From contig NZ_JACJOG010000004.1 in the NCBI RefSeq assembly GCF_014695375.1, positions 1 through 32,000 on the forward strand: a stretch of 32,000 nucleotides of DNA. Direction: 5' to 3'. Of the stretch, positions 1-7,910 are shown piece by piece. The translations under genes and the position numbers were made by a program. The notes below the pieces were generated by a model. It was not told the DNA's origin. It was given only the letters and a program-made list of their open reading frames with translations, and searched no databases. This stretch comes from Coleofasciculus sp. FACHB-T130. GTDB lineage: Bacteria; Cyanobacteriota; Cyanobacteriia; Cyanobacteriales; FACHB-T130. Position 1 is the first letter of the stretch, and each line of letters starts with the position of its first letter.

Positions 1-93
1 TGAGTTTCTCGGCTTAAATCTCTAATAAATCTCATAAGTCTCTTGTTTTCTTGACTTTTGTTTTAGCTTATTCTACTTTTTATTATGTGTAAT

Positions 94-1251
94 TTATTTT
101 ACATAAGCACTTATATAAATTAGTGCTTGGGTGCTGCTCTCTAAAATCACCGCCACCTGACCCCCAGGAGGCGTGTATTGAATTGCATTCACCACTAAGT
201 TAAAAATCAGGCGATACAGCTGTTCTTCGTCGCCGTTGACGTGCAAAGGTTCTGGCGTGCGAATATCTATAGAAAGCGTCAAATCGGCAGCGATCGCTAG
301 TGCTGACAATTCTTCTGCAACGTCGCTGACAAGATCGTTGAGACAGGCGGGACGATATTTAATTGACAAAGCCTGCCGATCCATACGGGAGAGTAGCAAT
401 AAATCCCGAACCAATTCAGATAGGCGGTAATTTTGCCGTTCAATGGTTTTTAGAGTATCCCGCGCCTCTAGTTCGCTGAGTTGATTCATTCTCAACGTCG
501 ATTCAACGGTTGCTTGGATTGCCGCTAAGGGCGTCCGCAACTCATGGGCGGCATCGGCTGTGAATTGTTGGATTTGCCCATAGGATTGGTAAATTGGTTG
601 CATTGCTAGCCCTGCCAACCACCAACTGGAACCAGCAACGACAATCATTGCCACGGGCAACCCCAGTAAGAGAATAAATTTCAGGGCAGTCAGATGATCG
701 TCCAATTCTTTGAGACTTCGCCCCACCTGAAGATATCCCCAAGGGCGATTGTCTTTGGTATGCAGCGATAGAGAAATTTGATGAAAACGGGTGCCCTGGC
801 GATTCTGGAGGATTTGCCACAATTGGGGTGTAGAAACGCGATCGCCTTTATCTGCCGCTAGCAATCCCACTGGCTGAAGTCCTGCCAAGGCAACTGGGCG
901 TCCCGAATTCTCTAGCAGCCGCACGTAGTAGTCGCCTTGGTGAATTGCCCCCAAAGTGTGCCGAGTCGGATTTTCTATCTGACTAACGCATTTTTCCCCA
1001 AGCAAACAAATATCCGGCAACAGTTGTTGGATAGCAGGTTCCAGGCGTCCCGGTTGCTGCAAAATCGGCTCAATACTGTCGTGAAGCGTACCGGCAACAG
1101 ATTCTAATTCTCGGTCGAGGGCAACCCAATTCGCACGAGCGATCGCTTCATAAACTGCAACTCCACACAAGCTTAAAATCACTCCCATGACGCCTGCATA
1201 CCAACCTGCCAGTCGCCAACGAGTTAGTTGAAAAAGTTTGTTTTCATTCAC
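94..1251 (-). CDS. Two-component sensor histidine kinase with truncated HATPase domain (possible pseudogene)
   Basis: 385-aa ORF with two hydrophobic TM segments (about res 14-35 and 190-215). It has the HisKA H-box FTADAAHELRTPLAAI and the N-box NLVVNAIQYTPPGG. The ORF stops about 20 aa after the N-box (...STQALIYISAYVK*), so the G1/F/G2 ATP-lid boxes are missing. Confidence 0.8.
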   Translation of the reverse strand: MNENKLFQLTRWRLAGWYAGVMGVILSLCGVAVYEAIARANWVALDRELESVAGTLHDSIEPILQQPGRLEPAIQQLLPDICLLGEKCVSQIENPTRHTLGAIHQGDYYVRLLENSGRPVALAGLQPVGLLAADKGDRVSTPQLWQILQNRQGTRFHQISLSLHTKDNRPWGYLQVGRSLKELDDHLTALKFILLLGLPVAMIVVAGSSWWLAGLAMQPIYQSYGQIQQFTADAAHELRTPLAAIQATVESTLRMNQLSELEARDTLKTIERQNYRLSELVRDLLLLSRMDRQALSIKYRPACLNDLVSDVAEELSALAIAADLTLSIDIRTPEPLHVNGDEEQLYRLIFNLVVNAIQYTPPGGQVAVILESSTQALIYISAYVK

Positions 1252-1256
1252 GTTAG

Positions 1257-1298
1257 TTGGTAATCGGGAATTGGTAATTGGGAATTAGTAATTGGTAA
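1257..1298. repeat. STRR-like heptamer tandem repeat (TTGGTAA consensus, 6 units)
   Basis: Read directly: ttggtaa tcgggaa ttggtaa ttgggaa ttagtaa ttggtaa, in the kinase/regulator intergenic spacer. Confidence 0.85.
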
Positions 1299-1323
1299 AC
1301 TCCATTAGCTATTATCTATTTGT

Positions 1324-1358
1324 TAATGACTAATAACTAATAACCAATGACTAATGAC
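1324..1358. repeat. STRR-like heptamer tandem repeat (TAATGAC consensus, 5 units)
   Basis: Read directly: taatgac taataac taataac caatgac taatgac. It overlaps the stop codon of the response-regulator gene. Confidence 0.85.
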
Positions 1359-2043
1359 TATTCAAACGATAGCCTATCCCATAGACAGTTTCGATAAAGC
1401 GATCGCACCCAAAAACCGCTAATTTACGCCGCAACAATCGCATCTGCGCGGCTACCACATTACTCATCGGTTCTGCGCTAAATTCCCAAAGCTGACTTAG
1501 CAACTGATCGCGGGTAAGAATTTGGTTAGGATGCTTCATAAAATATTCCAGCAATTGAAATTCCTTGCTAGTTAGAGGAATGATTTGTTTGTCATCCAAT
1601 GTATTCTGAGACCAAACCGTATGAGTACCGTAATCTAAAGTCAGGTTTCCTACTTGTAGGTGTTGGGGATGAAGCTGAGGCGATCGCCTTTGTAATGCGC
1701 GTAATCGTGCCAACAGTTCCGCCATACCAAACGGCTTCACCAAATAGTCATCTGCACCAGCATCCAATCCAGCCACCTTATCTTCCATGCGATCTTTAGC
1801 AGTTAACATCAAAACCGGCAGAGGATTGTTTTTCCCCCGCAGTCGCTGACATAACTCAATTCCTGATAATCCTGGCAGTAACCAGTCAAAAATAGCCAGC
1901 GTATATTGCGTCCACTGGGTTTCTAAAAACTCCCATGCCTGCGTGCCATCCAGAACCCAGTCAACCACATACGCTTCTTGACTGAGAGTTCGCTTAATTG
2001 CCGCCCCTAAATCTGGCTCATCTTCAACTAGGAGAACCCGCAT
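1351..2043 (-). CDS. OmpR/PhoB-family response regulator
   Basis: 230 aa. The receiver domain shows MRVLLVEDEPD, the acceptor context AIFDWLLPG, LTAKD and YLVKPF. The C-terminus is a winged helix (LTSKEFQLLEYF, ETVYGIGYRL). It lies directly upstream of the kinase and in the same orientation. Confidence 0.9.
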   Translation of the reverse strand: MRVLLVEDEPDLGAAIKRTLSQEAYVVDWVLDGTQAWEFLETQWTQYTLAIFDWLLPGLSGIELCQRLRGKNNPLPVLMLTAKDRMEDKVAGLDAGADDYLVKPFGMAELLARLRALQRRSPQLHPQHLQVGNLTLDYGTHTVWSQNTLDDKQIIPLTSKEFQLLEYFMKHPNQILTRDQLLSQLWEFSAEPMSNVVAAQMRLLRRKLAVFGCDRFIETVYGIGYRLNSH

Positions 2044-2217
2044 AATCCCCTTTTTTCTTCGATTTGCTACACATCAGCAAGGTAGCACTCTGTAGGGGCA
2101 AAGAAATTGCGCCTCTACAGCAGTATTTTAAGCACTTTGGTAGATGTAGATAAGAGTAAATATTGCTACAAGATTGGTAGCAAACCACAATTTCCCTGCT
2201 CCCACGCAGAAAAAAAA

Positions 2218-3048
2218 ATGCAGACTAGACCAAACCAACCGATGACACCAGACGATGCATCTACATGGGTGGAAAGACTGGCACGTTTGGGCTTTGGGGC
2301 GAGAGGGGTAGTTTACGCTACGGTGGGAGTGCTGGCAGCGCAGGCAGCCTTTGGTGCAGGCGGCAGAACCACCGATACAGAGGGTGCGCTGGTGACGATT
2401 GTGACACAGCCGTTTGGGAAATTCTTGCTGGCAATCGTTGCTTTGGGTTTGGTTGGGTACGTGTTGTGGCGTTTCGTAGAAGCGATCGCCGATCCGGAAA
2501 ACAAAGGCACCGATGCCAAAGGTCTTGCATCGCGCTTGGGAGCGGTTGGCAGCGGCTTAATCTATGCTGGTTTAGCCTGGAGTGCGATTAAGCTGATCAT
2601 GGGTTCGGGAGGCGGCGGTAATAGTAATTCGTCCCAAGACTGGACAGCACGCTTGTTAGCGCAGCCCTTCGGTCAATTTCTAGTTGGAATTGTGGGAGCT
2701 GCTGTCATCGGCATGGGCTTCTATCAATTTTACAGAGCCTATAAAGCGAAATTCCGCAAAAAGTGGAAAGTCAACCAGATGAGCGAAAAAGAGGAGAAAT
2801 GGGCGACCTTTGCGGGCAGATTTGGGATTGCTGCCCGTGGTGTCGTTTTTAGCATTACTGGTCTTTTTCTGCTCCAAGCGGCGCGGCAGTCTGATGCTAA
2901 CCAAGTTCAGGGGCTAGGTGGGGCGCTAGCTGCACTGGCACAACAACCTTTTGGCCCTTGGTTGTTAGGAACTGTGGCGCTTGGTTTAATCGCTTACGGT
3001 ATTTATAATTTCGTAGAAGCTCGATACCGCCATTTTGCTACCAGGTAG
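2218..3048 (+). CDS. DUF1206-like integral membrane protein
   Basis: Three repeats of a paired-TM unit begin with GARGVVYATVGVLAA, GAVGSGLIYAGLAWSA and AARGVVFSITGLFLL. The family name is from memory. I prefer the ATG at 2218 (MQTRPNQ) to the ORF-track start at 2107. Confidence 0.7.
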   Translation: MQTRPNQPMTPDDASTWVERLARLGFGARGVVYATVGVLAAQAAFGAGGRTTDTEGALVTIVTQPFGKFLLAIVALGLVGYVLWRFVEAIADPENKGTDAKGLASRLGAVGSGLIYAGLAWSAIKLIMGSGGGGNSNSSQDWTARLLAQPFGQFLVGIVGAAVIGMGFYQFYRAYKAKFRKKWKVNQMSEKEEKWATFAGRFGIAARGVVFSITGLFLLQAARQSDANQVQGLGGALAALAQQPFGPWLLGTVALGLIAYGIYNFVEARYRHFATR

Positions 3049-3143
3049 TCAATTTTTAATGCAGAGGTAATAGCAAAGATAGGCTTTACGGTGGTTGAAT
3101 AGATAGTTAGGTATGTTCCTAACTTCAGATATTTCTAAGTCCT

Positions 3144-3380
3144 ATGCTCAACAAGCATGATGAGTTGTTACTGAAGGATCTTAAGCTTCAACCACTTTGG
3201 CTGCTCCAGTTATATGTAGTTCTAGGAGTAGCGGCGGCAATTTCTGGATTCGTTCTTGAGAGCGGAAATCTCTCAAAAGCTGCTTGTCTTGGAGGGGGTT
3301 TCCTGATTGCTCTGGGAGCTGAAAAATTAGTAACGCACCGAATCAGAAAGGCTGCACTTTCTTTGATTAATAGAAACTAA
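3144..3380 (+). CDS. Hypothetical small membrane protein (78 aa)
   Basis: The only support is an ORF with two hydrophobic stretches. No recognisable motif. Confidence 0.3.
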   Translation: MLNKHDELLLKDLKLQPLWLLQLYVVLGVAAAISGFVLESGNLSKAACLGGGFLIALGAEKLVTHRIRKAALSLINRN

Positions 3381-3450
3381 CGCTATTTTTCAAGCTTATC
3401 CTCTCACTTCTCAACCATCGGTAAAATATCTGCACTGTAAAATTCAAAAT

Positions 3451-4092
3451 TCAAAACTTATCAAATGGTTTGACGGCAAAATCTCCCAGTGTCACCGTGA
3501 AACTTTCCCGATTACCAGTGGCGACAAAATTAATAATTACTTCACTCGCTACGGCAACAGCCAACATTACTAAATTTCGCGCTAACGGGTAGTCGCAAAC
3601 GTCATCGTTTACTGGTGAAGGAACGCGGTAAATTTCGTTCCAGATAATTTCAGCATAATCGGAAGCTAAGCCAACGTGCAGACAAGGAATATTTGCCGCT
3701 GTGCAATAATCTTTGACAGCTTGACGGCTGATGCTGTTATCAAAAGTATCAATAACAACACTGCTACCACTAAGCAACTGGGCAGCATTTGCCGATGTTA
3801 ATTCTTTCGGACGCCCATCAACAGCAACACCCAAAGCACGGTAGAGGGTATTGGTGAGAATTTTAGCTTTGTAAGCGCCAACATCTGAGCGGTAGTAAGG
3901 CTGAGTAGAAAGGTTGCGTTCCTCAATGCGATCGCGATCGATAACCACCAGCTTCCCAAAGCCAGAACGTGCAAGATTTTCAGTAATATTCGCCCCCAGC
4001 GCCCCCGCACCGCACACCGTCACCGGGAAGTCTTTTAGCTTCGCCATCAGTGCGGATGTTCTGTGGAGTTGTTCGTGAAAGAAGATAGACAT
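3451..4092 (-). CDS. Minimal E1-like adenylyltransferase (ThiF/MoeB/HesA superfamily)
   Basis: 213 aa. It has a Rossmann nucleotide loop (VTVCGAGALGANITENLARSGFGKLVVIDRDRIE) followed by RNLSTQ, where SNLxRQ is canonical. The VVIDTFDNSISR motif (vvDctDN..R type) is present. There are no CxxC zinc pairs, no catalytic-Cys domain and no rhodanese domain. Confidence 0.85.
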   Translation of the reverse strand: MSIFFHEQLHRTSALMAKLKDFPVTVCGAGALGANITENLARSGFGKLVVIDRDRIEERNLSTQPYYRSDVGAYKAKILTNTLYRALGVAVDGRPKELTSANAAQLLSGSSVVIDTFDNSISRQAVKDYCTAANIPCLHVGLASDYAEIIWNEIYRVPSPVNDDVCDYPLARNLVMLAVAVASEVIINFVATGNRESFTVTLGDFAVKPFDKF

Positions 4093-4096
4093 TTTT

Positions 4097-4117
4097 GCTA
4101 ATGGCTAATGACTAATT
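4097..4117. repeat. Heptamer repeat (GCTAATG x2 + ACTAATT) in 24-nt spacer
   Basis: Read directly between the stop of the 322-aa gene and the ATG of the E1-like gene. Confidence 0.7.
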
Positions 4118-5085
4118 CAAAAGTCCCAGTTATCTCGCGCTTCGATAACGCCAACGAGGGATTGCAAGTCAAAATCGCGATCGCGTCCGCTTAGGCAAAT
4201 GCCAGAACTAATCACTGTCAAATCGCGCTTGTCAATGGCAGAGATGTGACGTTCACCGCTGCGGGTTGTCCACTCGACTTGCCAAAAGTCACCGCGATCG
4301 CGCACATCTTCGAGTTCGCCACCACCCATCCCCAAGGCATCGCGCACGCGGCTTTCATCACCTGACATCGCCCGCCGATCCGGATCTTGCCGTACCTCTT
4401 GGTAGTGTCTGTATGGGCGTTGTGCTTGCTGCTGGCGTCTTGTATCCCGTCGCTGCTGGCGCAAGCGTTCTTCTTCAAGTTGTTGCTGCCTTCGGCGTTG
4501 ATATTCTTCTGTCTGCTGTAACGCCAAGTCATAGACGGTACGCATCTCTGGCGTCATCCCCGCAAAGCGAAGATTTTCCGTTTCCGTCCCATTCCTCAAT
4601 TGTTCTCTGAGTTGTTCCGCCACCAGCGGATCGGCACGTCGATCCAGTTCATCAAACCACCAAGCGCTGCCATCCCAACGCGCAATTATTGGCTCAAATG
4701 CTGCACCCTCAGTAACTAAATATACCGGCACTGGCTTAGCGGCACCCAAGCGCTGCTGCATATCAGATTCGTTAACAGGGTACGCAAGCCAAGTTTGTCC
4801 TTGCAACACATAAGCCAGACGCAAGCGCAACGGCTTCAGCAGTCGCAGATATTCCGCCACCTGCGGCAAGTTTGCTTCATCCACCATTTCAGCCTTTTTC
4901 TCATTTATCGGCTGAAAAATGCCCCATCCTTCAAAGTCTTGTGGCTGCGGTTTAAAGGTATAAACCATCCCCGCTACAGAAGCGCGTACTTTCCCCCCAC
5001 CTACGCATGGTGCGAGAAACTGAGTATCGCGCAATTGCACTTCCTGTGCAGCAATTTGGTTAAGGAGGTTGCGAATATCTGTCAT
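4117..5085 (-). CDS. Hypothetical protein with a central Arg/Gln-rich charged helix; no family recognised
   Basis: 322-aa ORF that is HIP1-rich like host genes. The central segment is EEYQRRRQQQLEEERLRQQRRDTRRQQQAQRPYRHYQEVRQDPDRR. Its stop lies 24 nt upstream of the E1-like gene on the same strand. Confidence 0.7.
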   Translation of the reverse strand: MTDIRNLLNQIAAQEVQLRDTQFLAPCVGGGKVRASVAGMVYTFKPQPQDFEGWGIFQPINEKKAEMVDEANLPQVAEYLRLLKPLRLRLAYVLQGQTWLAYPVNESDMQQRLGAAKPVPVYLVTEGAAFEPIIARWDGSAWWFDELDRRADPLVAEQLREQLRNGTETENLRFAGMTPEMRTVYDLALQQTEEYQRRRQQQLEEERLRQQRRDTRRQQQAQRPYRHYQEVRQDPDRRAMSGDESRVRDALGMGGGELEDVRDRGDFWQVEWTTRSGERHISAIDKRDLTVISSGICLSGRDRDFDLQSLVGVIEARDNWDF

Positions 5086-5159
5086 GATATTGCCTTGATT
5101 AAGATGTTTGGCTTAGTTAATTTTTTTTGTAAATAGTGATAAGGCTGACTGCGGGCAAC

Positions 5160-5234
5160 TGTAGGTTTGATTGAGCGGCGAAAACCGATATTCCCAGGAT
5201 GATGCTGAGTTTCGTTACCTCAATCCAGCCTACA
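5160..5234. repeat. MITE-like inverted-repeat element
   Basis: The arms are TGTAGGTTTGATTGAG (5160-5175) and CTCAATCCAGCCTACA (5219-5234), complementary at 14 of 16 positions. It belongs to the same TGTAGG..GGTTGAG motif family as the hairpin at 9031-9062. Confidence 0.6.
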
Positions 5235-5392
5235 AAATGGGTGTTTAAATTAACATAACACTATTGCCTTTTCCGTCTGCCGTTGTTCAGCAAAGCTTAT
5301 GCCGCCAGTTAAATAGAATACATATATGTCTCTTCTTCTTTCTTTGTTTATTTGTGGTTAAATAACAACCTTGTATCTTCATTTATCTAACC

Positions 5393-6673
5393 TTACACAA
5401 ATCGGTGAGCGAATTCATAGGTAAAATCAACTCTTCCCTTGCGTAAAACGGCTGGATCTAATCTTTCAGTTGTATTGCAAGTCATCAAAACCACTAACTT
5501 TTGCTTCGTATGAATTCCCGAATCATCAATTACGCTTTGATACAATGTTCCATCCAGTAAGCTCAAAATATGCTCCGTCTTATTATTATTTTGAGCAGCT
5601 TCAGAAGCGCGATTTTTGGCTAAATTATCCGCTTCGTTGATAATTAGACAAATTCGCTCTAAGTAACTTGGCGGCACAAAATTCTCAACCGCATCGTGAT
5701 CCAGAATAAAAATCACATATCCGAGAGGCGCGAGAATTTCTTGTGCTACAGCTTGCGTCCAAGCAGTTTTCCCCGTACCCGGATCTCCGTGGACGAGAAC
5801 CGCCAACTGGCTTTGGTCGAGAATTGCCTGCTGTACCGTATCGGTAAAGCTTTGAATATCGGCGGGAAACGACCGAATTGGAAATTCGCCGTGAATTTTT
5901 CCTACACGACTTTGGTAGCCACTCAGCATCACTGCAAGATTGAAAGTTGCTTTATTGATCAGTGGCGCTAGTTCCTTCGCCATTAGGGTATAGCGTCGTC
6001 GTCCCCGATCTAAATTTTCAATTTCTAGCCAAGCTTGCTGTTGAGGCCAATAGGCATAAACCGTGTTAATAATATCGAGACGTTCCCAGTTAACAAATCG
6101 ATCTACCGGAAAATAAAAATATCGATCTAGATAATACTGGGTAATCATATCTGGACGACCCAATAATTCCAGAATTTTGAAAATCGTTATTTCTTGTAGC
6201 CGGTTGAGGACGTGTTCAATGGGAATGCTGTTACGACTGACAAATTGAATCACAGGCGAATCAACACTTAAAACGTCTTGGAAGCGATAATCTGGAGTTG
6301 GAGGATCTGGGGTAATATAATTCCAGAATTCATCAACTTCATATCGCGTACTTTCAGAAAATACATTTAAAATATTTGCCCACCAAGTATATTCGTTGCG
6401 ACCCATTGCATCAGCAATGTCGCTTGCTAAACCCAAAGTTTTCTGGCTTAGCTCTTTGGAATCGTTAAATACTAAATGCCAAAGAAATCCCCAGTCTATC
6501 TGCCGAGTTAAGGGTCGCCAACCTGCACCTAATAAGCCTTTAGCTTGCGGGTTTTTGTTGCCTGGATTGCTTTCGTCGTTTCCGAAATATCCCGATCCCA
6601 TAGTTTCAGTTCTTCTTGCTTTGTGATGGAATGATGAGAAAGTAATGCGCTTAATTTTTTTCCAAGCTGCCAT
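5393..6673 (-). CDS. AAA+ ATPase (classical AAA clade) with a large unknown N-terminal domain and no C-terminal lid
   Basis: Walker A is VLVHGDPGTGKT and Walker B is ICLIINEADNL. The sensor-1 region is LMTCNT and the Arg-finger region is LDPAVLRKGRVD. The protein ends 12 aa later. The preferred start, ATG at 6671-6673 (MAAWKK), overlaps the kptA stop as TAATG. The ORF-track start at 6718 would overlap kptA by 46 nt. Confidence 0.85.
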   Translation of the reverse strand: MAAWKKIKRITFSSFHHKARRTETMGSGYFGNDESNPGNKNPQAKGLLGAGWRPLTRQIDWGFLWHLVFNDSKELSQKTLGLASDIADAMGRNEYTWWANILNVFSESTRYEVDEFWNYITPDPPTPDYRFQDVLSVDSPVIQFVSRNSIPIEHVLNRLQEITIFKILELLGRPDMITQYYLDRYFYFPVDRFVNWERLDIINTVYAYWPQQQAWLEIENLDRGRRRYTLMAKELAPLINKATFNLAVMLSGYQSRVGKIHGEFPIRSFPADIQSFTDTVQQAILDQSQLAVLVHGDPGTGKTAWTQAVAQEILAPLGYVIFILDHDAVENFVPPSYLERICLIINEADNLAKNRASEAAQNNNKTEHILSLLDGTLYQSVIDDSGIHTKQKLVVLMTCNTTERLDPAVLRKGRVDFTYEFAHRFV

Positions 6674-7218
6674 TAAATTTGTTGCAAGTATTCGGCTGGA
6701 ACGCAATCCACCAACCAAACCCCATTTTCAGAACAGTAAAATTCATATCCTGCTTTGTGCATCGCCGCCGCATCTACAGCAAAAACCACCGGAAGACCAT
6801 GCCGTGCGCCGACAGTTTTTGCGGTGGAAATATCCTTCGATAGATGAACGTGGTGTCGCGACATTTTACACAATCCCGTACTCAAAATTGATTCGACTGT
6901 ACCCTGTCCTGTACCGTGGTATAACACATCTGGAGGAACAACGGCTTCTAGCTGCAAATCAACTTCTGTACTATGTCCTTGATTCGCTCGAATTAAGGTG
7001 CCTGTTGAGTTAAAAGAAAAGCGTTTTTTGTCATTTTTAGCAACAACTTCATCAAGTTCAGCACGAGTAAGCATAAAAGAACGATCTACACACGCTTTTA
7101 GAAGTTCATCGACAGCAACCCAGCCACCAGGTGCAAGTTCAAGACCAATGGCTTCAGGAGTATGCCGAAGATGCTTGCTGAGATATTTGCTAATTTTAAC
7201 TAAGCGAGAATTATTCAT
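6673..7218 (-). CDS. kptA: RNA 2'-phosphotransferase Tpt1/KptA
   Basis: 181 aa and collinear with E. coli KptA as I recall it: SKxLSxxLRHxPEAIG, DKKRFSF, QGHS, LYHGT, RHHVHLS, GARHG, ENGVWL. The catalytic Arg-His-Arg-Arg tetrad positions are all present. Confidence 0.9.
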   Translation of the reverse strand: MNNSRLVKISKYLSKHLRHTPEAIGLELAPGGWVAVDELLKACVDRSFMLTRAELDEVVAKNDKKRFSFNSTGTLIRANQGHSTEVDLQLEAVVPPDVLYHGTGQGTVESILSTGLCKMSRHHVHLSKDISTAKTVGARHGLPVVFAVDAAAMHKAGYEFYCSENGVWLVDCVPAEYLQQI

Positions 7219-7236
7219 TAAGTCGCTCTTTTTAGC

Positions 7237-7788
7237 TTAACAATACCAGTCATCTTCTAAATATCGCTTGACCAATCCTGCGTGGGATAAAGGACTCGAT
7301 AAATCGTCTAAATCGCAGTTTGTTTCATAATCTAATAACAATACTGTTTGGTCTGCACTTAGCTGTTTGAGTTCCGCAAGTAGGTTCTGAAGGCGGTTCT
7401 CTAGTACCCATTTATACGATGGTAAGTAGATGGCACGACGCGCTTCTACATAGGACAATAATTTGTCTCCGGTTAAGCCTGCACGATGCCCTAGAACCTT
7501 GCCGAAAGTTCGTGTCGTGCGCTTGATCCCTTTCATATTAGCGATCGCTAGTTTGCCCGGATCTACATCCGCAGACTCAAAAACTTTTAATCCTTGCCAA
7601 ATTCCTTCAACGGTATAGCTGAAGTGTCCTGGGGAAAAAGGAACGGGAATTCCACCATGCGGATAAAAAGGGCTAAAGCGAACCCAAGATTCGGTACTGC
7701 GAGAAGTTACGTCGAGAATCGTTGCTGCATCATAGCGTTTATGCAAAGTATCTAGGGATGTGCGGCGACTTTTTACAAAAAGCGGCAT
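7237..7788 (-). CDS. Hypothetical protein with a possible divergent NADAR (YbiA/DUF1768)-like motif pattern
   Basis: 183-aa ORF lying 18 nt upstream of kptA. RFSPFYPHGGIPVPFSPGHFSYTVEGIWQGLKVF resembles the NADAR core pattern (SNF.p.P..dG..f.S.EhyFQa.Kf). This is a match by eye only, not a computed alignment. Confidence 0.65.
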   Translation of the reverse strand: MPLFVKSRRTSLDTLHKRYDAATILDVTSRSTESWVRFSPFYPHGGIPVPFSPGHFSYTVEGIWQGLKVFESADVDPGKLAIANMKGIKRTTRTFGKVLGHRAGLTGDKLLSYVEARRAIYLPSYKWVLENRLQNLLAELKQLSADQTVLLLDYETNCDLDDLSSPLSHAGLVKRYLEDDWYC

Positions 7789-7910
7789 TGAGGGCTAAAT
7801 GTGTAGAGACGCGATGAATCGCCTCTTGAGTCCTGAGTGGGAAAGAAGAAAGGGAAATTGAATATTTGTATTATAAGGTACTACAGGATGGTTGTGGCAG
7901 ATTCCCGATC

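Noticed and set aside
4218-5136. ORFs 4218-4532(-), 4266-4610(+) and 4795-5136(+)
   Set aside because: They are alternative-frame or antisense shadows inside the 322-aa gene, with Arg/Ser/His-rich composition typical of off-frame translation.
6645-7240. Plus-strand ORFs 6645-7013 and 6998-7240
   Set aside because: They are antisense to kptA, whose frame matches E. coli KptA motif for motif.
3451-7788. Classical bacterial ubiquitin-like conjugation operon (Bil/Bub/CBASS Cap2-Cap3 type)
   Set aside because: Only the E1-like adenylation domain is present. I found no E2-like, JAB/DUB or beta-grasp gene and no Gly-Gly C-terminus in any neighbouring protein, so the cluster does not fit those described systems.
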